NCBI GenBank assembly: GCA_937625935.1
Contig: OW569379.1
Location: 248,001-312,000, forward strand
Reading direction: 5' to 3'
DNA from: Tetramitus jugosus
Lineage: Eukaryota; Protista; Heterolobosea
Length of the DNA: 64,000 nucleotides
Shown: positions 57,507 through 64,000 of the stretch, piece after piece
Layout: the number at the start of each line of letters is the position of its first letter
Position numbering within the stretch: the stretch's first letter is position 1
Program-made: the position numbers and the translations under genes
Notes under the pieces: generated by a model
Seen by the model: the letters and a program-made list of their open reading frames with translations, nothing else
What the model was told of the DNA's origin: nothing
The model's database searches: none

Positions 57507-59851
57507 CTATTTCTTCTTCAATTGCTGATATTCTTCCTCTGAGCAGTAGGATGTCACAACCATTCTTCCTTGATACTTTTTGCCCGCGAGTGTCTGTTGA
57601 GCTCTCTGTGCTTCTTGAATTGTCTTGTATTCGACATAGATGCGACCCATGACTGCTGCTGTTTGAGTACCTTCTTGTTGTTGTTGTTGTTCCAGATTGC
57701 GAGGTATCACAATGCTCTGAATCTGACCAAAGTTGGAACACTCGGATCGCACATCACTATAAATTTCTTCGTACACTTGATCATTGACCAAATCATTCTC
57801 TGATAGCATATTGTACAGTACGAGCACTCTTGTGGGATCCAATTGAACAGGGCAGTTTTGTGCAGTGAATGCCAATACTGTCTCTATCCGATTGGTCAGA
57901 TTCAATATGAAGGACAACTCGGCAGATGACTGCTGCTGTTGTTGTAGTGGTGGTTGTTGTTGTTGTTGTTGTGCAACATTGCCACCACTCACATGATCAC
58001 CACCTGTTGATGATAGAGACATCATTTGATGATCAGACATCATGGGTTGTTGTTGTTGTTGTGGTTCACCACCACCGCTCATACTGCTGCCATCATACAC
58101 CAATCCTGTTGTTCCAGTTGTTCCTCCTGTAGCGGATGACTTTGCACCGACACTGGCTCTCTGGACAACCAACTTTTTGCCGTGCATATCCACACCGTTC
58201 ATGCCCTGAATCGCAGCATCCGTATCTCTCGTTCCATTCAAGTACTCGCAAAAGGCATATCCCTTGCTCAGTCCAGTGTTCATATCCTTGACCAAGTTGA
58301 ATGCCTTGAGTGGACCAAATGAACTCAAGAATTTCAACACTTGGTCCTCTGTCATTTGAGCAGGCAATCCTCCGACAAAGAGCTTGTTGGGTGTGTCGAG
58401 CACGTTCGTACTAATGACATGACCGAGTGATGGAATGTTGGCTGCCATCATGGATCGATCAATAAACAGTGATGGTTCACCAGATGGAGGTGCCCTATAG
58501 TCCTTTGGCCGTCTAATCTTGAGCATGTGAATGGAGCGGAGTTTGATGCCGTCGAGAGCCATGGCATAGGTGGCTTCTTTGGCACTGGAGAAATCAATGA
58601 AAACAAATGATTTTTCATAGTTGAATGATGTGGATTGAATGTGAGAAGTGTCCAGTGTTTGATCATTGAACTCACTGGGGAATGCACTTTGGAGCATGGA
58701 GATGAAAAAGGAGGAGATTTCTGATTCGGTACAGTCTTTGGGAATGTTGCCCACATAGATTCTTCTCTGTTGTCTGTCTGTTGCTGCTGTTGATGATGAT
58801 GATGATGATGATACTGTTGATGATGATAGTGGATTATGCTGATGATGATGATGCTGGTGGTGGTGATGGTGGTGGGTGGATGGATTACCCATGGAGAATG
58901 ATGAATGATGTGATGGTGGAGGTGGTGGTCCAAATGAGGATCGATTGTATGATGATGCATGTTGTTGTTGTTGATGACGATTGTATTGATTGTTGTATGG
59001 ATGATGTTGTTGTTGTTGTTGTTGTTGACTGCTGCTCTGATGATGATAGGGGTGATGAGAGGATGATGATGAAAAATGATGTTGTGATGATTGTTGTTGA
59101 GAGTCTTGACTGGAGGGTGATACTGGTTGATCCATGGTGGTGTTGTGAATGGAGGAAGGATTCACTGTCACTCCAAAACTGTTCTTATAGGGCTGCACAC
59201 TCATCACATTACCCGTAGTTGGATTCAAATTGTTGACTGATGGTAGTACACCGAGAACTGCACCCTGTAATCCTAGTTGAATCATTTCTTCTGGTCCTAT
59301 GTCAAACAAGCTTCTTCTCTTCTTTTTTCTAAGTAGTATAGTAGGTATAGTAGGTATAGTAGGTATAGTATATACATATATAGATGTGTGTGTATATGTG
59401 ATTAGTAACAATGAATAATAATAATAATAATAATAATGGGAAGAAGAAGAAGAATACAAAAATAAAAAGATGGTTACCTCTGTGATTCACGATGCTTATG
59501 TCTGCTGCTACTGTGTTTTCTCGAAGGTGATCGATCATCATCATCATCACGATTCTTTTCATATGAATCAGTTGAGTGTTTATTATCATCAACTGCATGT
59601 TTCTGTTTCTTGTGATCACTGCTGCTGTCATGATGATCATCTTCATCATCATAGTGCTTTCTTCTGTTATTGTATGATGATGATGATGATCGATCATCAC
59701 TACTACGTTGATGATAGTGTGATGATGAAGATCGTTCTCTTTTCAACTTGTGCGAGTGTTTTTCATCATTGTGTTCAAAATCAACTTCTGATTCATGATT
59801 ATTATTCTTTAGTGGTATTTTATCGAAACCTTGATCCCATTTGCTAGACAT
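57507..59851 (-). CDS. U2AF2: Splicing factor U2AF large subunit (U2AF65); exons 59851-59478, 59328-57507
   Basis: RRIYVGNIP (RRM1), LKIRRPKDY, NKLFVGGLP...FGPLKAFNLVKDMNTGLSKGYAFCEY (RRM2), C-terminal UHM (PTRVLVLYNM...ECSNFGQI...GRMVVTSY); R/S/D-rich exon 1 joined via intron 59477-59329. Confidence 0.93.
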
Positions 59852-60421
59852 GATGATGATGACGATGTAAAACAATTGTTAGTTGTTATTGTTCGAGAGA
59901 GACTGCTGTTGATTGCGCTTTTCGTTTTCGTTCTTTTTCTGTACGGAATTGTCGTCGGGGAGAACAAAAAGGAAACGATACAAGAACTGGTTGAAGGAAA
60001 AAAAGCAACAACAAAATCACGCGAAAAAAACCTCCAAAAAGAAGATCAAGAAAGGATCGATCACAAACCATATATTTGCACAAGTCGAACATTATTCCGT
60101 TCCCACCAATACAATACGCAACTTGCAGTTCGCTTGAATTAGATCCAATTGTATCACTTCTTCTCTCACCACCACACCACCACCAAATCAATCACTCACT
60201 CAAAGAACGAACAATACACTCGTCATCATTGACTTCAATAACAACAACAACAACAACAAATCGCCATCATCATCACCTGATCAGAACTCATCATAATACA
60301 GAATACACTCACATAAACACCATCACCAAGTCAAAACACACACAAAGGCACAACATATCACACACACATACACACATCATCATCAATATCATCATCACCA
60401 GTATCATCACCACACATTAAC

Positions 60422-62605
60422 ATGTATCAATCATCATCTAAACCATCCTATCATCGTGGCTCTGGTAGAAGCAATAGTAGTAGTAGTGGTAGTAGCCATG
60501 GTAGCCATGGTAGCAATAGTAGTAGTAGTGTTGACATGAGTGCTGCACAACGAACCATTCACATTGGTAATCTCATCTCATCCATCACTGATGAAATGCT
60601 CATTAATTATTTTGCAAAGTGTGGTTCCATCACCAATTTGAAATTGGCAGGAAATCCGAGTTATCCTGCTCGATTTGCATTCATTGAATTTGCTACTGTT
60701 CAACAAGCTCATGCAGCATGTGCACTCGCAGGTACACTTATTGGAGGAAAGCCAATCAAAATTGCCATTGCCAAGAATCCAATCACTACTCCATACACTC
60801 CATCATCTTCTACTACTACTACTACGACTGCTGCTACTGCTGCTGCTGCTTTTGCTCCTGTTTCTGTCTCCATGTATGATACATCTTCTGCAGGTGCACT
60901 GTATCAACAACAACAACAACAACAATATCCAACAACAACAACAACAGCACAAGACACAGCCTACTATTATTCACAATTTGCAACCAACAACACCACATCA
61001 TCTGATTATTCTTTACAACAACATCAACAAGCACCATCTTCTTTTGATTATTCACAACAACAACAACAACAACAACAACAATATCACCCATATCAACAAC
61101 AACAACAACCATCTCACTATGCTCAAACAACAGCAACATCACAACAACAACCCACACATGATTACTCTTATCACTCAACAACACTACCCACCAACAATGA
61201 TCATCACTACTCAATCTATCAACAACAACAGCAGCAACCATCATCATCATATGCCCCCTATTCATCCTATCCATCTACCACTACTGCTGCTGTTGGTGGT
61301 GGTGGTGGTGGTACACAATCATCATCTCACTATAGCCATCCAAAACACCACCATCATCATCAACAACAACAACAACAACAACAATTGAAAAAAACTATTT
61401 ATATTGCAGGTATTGATAAAGAGTTGAGTGAGCAAGCCATTATCAACTATTTTGCAAAGTGTGGAGAGATTGTCAATCATCGATTCTGCATGGGACAACC
61501 ATCCAAATTTGCATTTATTGAATATGCGACACACGAATCAGCAGCCTCTGCCATTCAAAACTTTTCTGGTACGTGGCTAGGCAAATGCACACTCAAAGTA
61601 TCCTTTAGCAAGAGCCCTATTCAACAACAATCACAATCATCATCACAAATGCCTCATGCACACTCTCATCATCATCACAAATCATCATCTTCATCATCAT
61701 CATCATCATCTCTCAATCCTCAACAATTAGAAATGATATCAAGAACAGTTCATGTAGGCAACTTGGACGGTCATTTATCAGAGAATGAAATTCAACAATT
61801 CTTCAATGATACATGTGGTGGTGGTGGTCGTAATGTCATTGAAAGGTTTTCAATGGCAGGTGGAACACCAGTGGAGCATGGAAAAGTCGCACGCTTCTGC
61901 TTCATTGAATTCACCAATGTGACAAGTGCTCAGATGGCATTGCAATTGAATGGTACCATGTTGGGATCATTGAACATTCGAGTCAGTCCCAGTCGATCAC
62001 CCATTCTCTCATCATCATCATCTGCGTCATCTACTATGAACAAGCAAGCATTGACACACAATCAGCGTTACGTCGCTACTCAATCATTGACAAATGAGAA
62101 TGTGACACCTCATCTTTTCTCTGACAATTCTGCTTACAATAATGGCAGCAGTACCGACAGCAACAACAAGTTTGATGCATCTGCTATTCTTTCGAGTCTC
62201 AAGCCAAGAAGCATCTTGAAAAAAGTTCAGGAGCAATTGCAGAATCAACAACAGGAAGATGGTTCATCTGACAAGAGCCACATGACAAAAAAGGTGAGCA
62301 ACATGACGACCAAGACTAGTGCCACAGTGAAAGAGCCTCGTACACCACCTGGATCACCACCAGCTGATCTCTATGTGAGACAAAAGGCACTCATCATGAA
62401 AGAACAACAACAACAAGCCAATCGAAAGAGAGCAAGAGAAGAAGAACGAGCAACAATGACAACAGCAGCAACTGATGAAGACGAAACGACAGGAAGCACT
62501 AAATCATTGGATGTCATTTCTCCAAAACGAGCCAAAATCACTCACGATGAAAATCAAAGCCACGATTCATCTGCTTCTGGACGCGACACCACTGATCATC
62601 AATAA
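60422..62605 (+). CDS. Three-RRM RNA-binding protein
   Basis: Three RRMs (RTIHIGNL...RFAFIEF; KTIYIAGI...KFAFIEY; RTVHVGNL...RFCFIEF) separated by Q/H/S-rich linkers. Confidence 0.88.
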   Translation: MYQSSSKPSYHRGSGRSNSSSSGSSHGSHGSNSSSSVDMSAAQRTIHIGNLISSITDEMLINYFAKCGSITNLKLAGNPSYPARFAFIEFATVQQAHAACALAGTLIGGKPIKIAIAKNPITTPYTPSSSTTTTTTAATAAAAFAPVSVSMYDTSSAGALYQQQQQQQYPTTTTTAQDTAYYYSQFATNNTTSSDYSLQQHQQAPSSFDYSQQQQQQQQQYHPYQQQQQPSHYAQTTATSQQQPTHDYSYHSTTLPTNNDHHYSIYQQQQQQPSSSYAPYSSYPSTTTAAVGGGGGGTQSSSHYSHPKHHHHHQQQQQQQQLKKTIYIAGIDKELSEQAIINYFAKCGEIVNHRFCMGQPSKFAFIEYATHESAASAIQNFSGTWLGKCTLKVSFSKSPIQQQSQSSSQMPHAHSHHHHKSSSSSSSSSSLNPQQLEMISRTVHVGNLDGHLSENEIQQFFNDTCGGGGRNVIERFSMAGGTPVEHGKVARFCFIEFTNVTSAQMALQLNGTMLGSLNIRVSPSRSPILSSSSSASSTMNKQALTHNQRYVATQSLTNENVTPHLFSDNSAYNNGSSTDSNNKFDASAILSSLKPRSILKKVQEQLQNQQQEDGSSDKSHMTKKVSNMTTKTSATVKEPRTPPGSPPADLYVRQKALIMKEQQQQANRKRAREEERATMTTAATDEDETTGSTKSLDVISPKRAKITHDENQSHDSSASGRDTTDHQ

Positions 62606-62801
62606 TAAAAAAACTGGAAATGTATTGATGTAAAATAACCAAAGCGATTTGGTAATTGTATTAGATTGATGGATGGAGGAAATGGGTGGAAAAGTAAGGT
62701 TCAGAGTGGTGTGGTAGGGGATATCATTGATGGATGAGACTACATGATCACAGATGACATGCCATCATATATAGTGGTTCAAGTCGTTCTTGAGTAGTCT
62801 T

Positions 62802-63615
62802 TCAAATATCAAATGCACTCTCTCGTGCCAACAGCAGTGCCATTTGTGCTTCCTTGTACTCTTTCTGTTCTTGTAGAATCTGAGGAAGACTGACTCGATT
62901 CAATGACTGACTCTGTTCCATTTGTTGTTCCAGTGCCTCATCAATCTCTCCCATCAACACTACATTCTCACCTCGAACCATGTACAACCCGAGTGGAAAA
63001 TCACCAAAGTTCTTCTCTACGACAATACGCTCCACGGTGTCTTCGAGGACCATGTTCGCAAATTGATCATAACTCCTCAATGTTCCAATCAACTTTTTTC
63101 CATCTCTCAAAATAATCATGACTCGATCTATAAATGTTACCATGTTATCATGTGTGTGCATCAATTGTCATTTTTCATCATTATCATCAATTCATTCACA
63201 TGTGTGTTGTTCACAGAAAGATTTTTCATACATGATCATGTTGTTTGTAATACGTGTGGTTGTCCACAAGAGAGAAAGGAAAGATGAGTTTTTTTGTTCT
63301 TCTTCTTCGTCAATAACAGTAGTGCACGTCTCATAGAGGACGATCATCTGTGAAAACAGAAAAAAAAAGCGACGACGACAACAACAACATACGGTCAATG
63401 TGATCAGAGAGACTCGCGGCACCTGGGAAGAAATAAGTGGAATCGACAGCATTGTGAGAATCGTGATGATGATGCTGATGATGTTGTTGTTGTTGCTGAT
63501 GAGAGGATTGCTGGTGGTGGTGTTGATGAGAGGTTTGTTGTTTGTTGGAGTGTTGTTGCTTTCTGGATGCACCACCACTGCCAGAGGATGAAGATTTGTT
63601 GTCTCGGGTTCTCAT
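62802..63615 (-). CDS. LSM1: LSm1 (exons 63615-63393, 63127-62802)
   Basis: Intron 63392-63128 (GTATGT..TAG) yields FPGAASLSDHIDHRVMIILRDGKKLIGTLRSYDQFANMVL...GLYMVRGENVVLMGEID, the LSm1 signature. Confidence 0.92.
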
Positions 63616-63738
63616 TCCAATTGTTTACTATGTGTGTATTATCGTTATGATCAGAATTGTTTTTTTGTTAACAAGGCGGACCGGAGAAATAAAAATAACA
63701 GACCGTGAAGGATCCCATCATTCTGGTTGTGTTGCGTT

Positions 63739-64000
63739 TTACAAACTCTTATTCTTTCTTTCATGCTTTTTCTTTCTTTTAGCATCGACACGAACAAGTT
63801 GTTTCGCAAGGGATCGATCAGTTAGGTTGACATCATACTCGTCCTCTTGTTGATCGGTCATCGATGCATACCAGCCTCTGTGACGCCCAGCAATCATGGT
63901 AATGACAATCATCACCTTGGAGAACTTGTTAAGGGCTGAGGAGAAGGCGAGTACTGTGTCAGGGAATCCAATGGACAATCCTACATTACCAAAGGCAGAG
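63739..64000 (-). CDS. Trk/HKT-family cation transporter, C-terminal end (partial)
   Basis: SAFGNVGLSIG...FSSALNKFSKVMIVITMIAGRHRG matches the last pore loop and helix of Trk/HKT transporters. Confidence 0.85.
   Translation of the reverse strand, partial: SAFGNVGLSIGFPDTVLAFSSALNKFSKVMIVITMIAGRHRGWYASMTDQQEDEYDVNLTDRSLAKQLVRVDAKRKKKHERKNKSL

Overview
Gene-dense eukaryotic (protist) chromosomal segment using the standard genetic code. It has short GT-AG introns and intergenic gaps of about 20-750 bp except where tRNAs or mobile elements sit. The gene mix (saposin-like pore-former, GP63/M8 protease, RCC1-repeat families, intron-poor genes) suggests a Naegleria-like heterolobosean amoeba; this is inference, not proven. 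About 30 protein genes are present: cullin (partial), ADCK1, FHA protein, two RCC1-repeat proteins, S9 peptidase, saposin, leishmanolysin, GH31 glucosidase, homocysteine S-methyltransferase, ABCC transporter, 6-phosphogluconolactonase, a DOCK-like/RasGEF chimera head-to-head with a DH-PH RhoGEF, PPR, MYND finger, U2AF65, a 3xRRM protein, LSm1, a Trk/HKT transporter (partial) and several unknowns. There are two tRNA genes, and each has a mobile element beside it. A 5'-truncated poly(A)-tailed non-LTR retroelement with a 13-bp target-site duplication sits 30-43 bp upstream of tRNA-Thr(AGT), head-to-head, like Dictyostelium TRE5. A decayed 1.13-kb IS5/Harbinger-type DNA transposon with TIRs sits 104 bp downstream of tRNA-Ser(AGA). 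All family calls come from motifs read by eye and all introns were inferred from reading-frame continuity; no searches were run.
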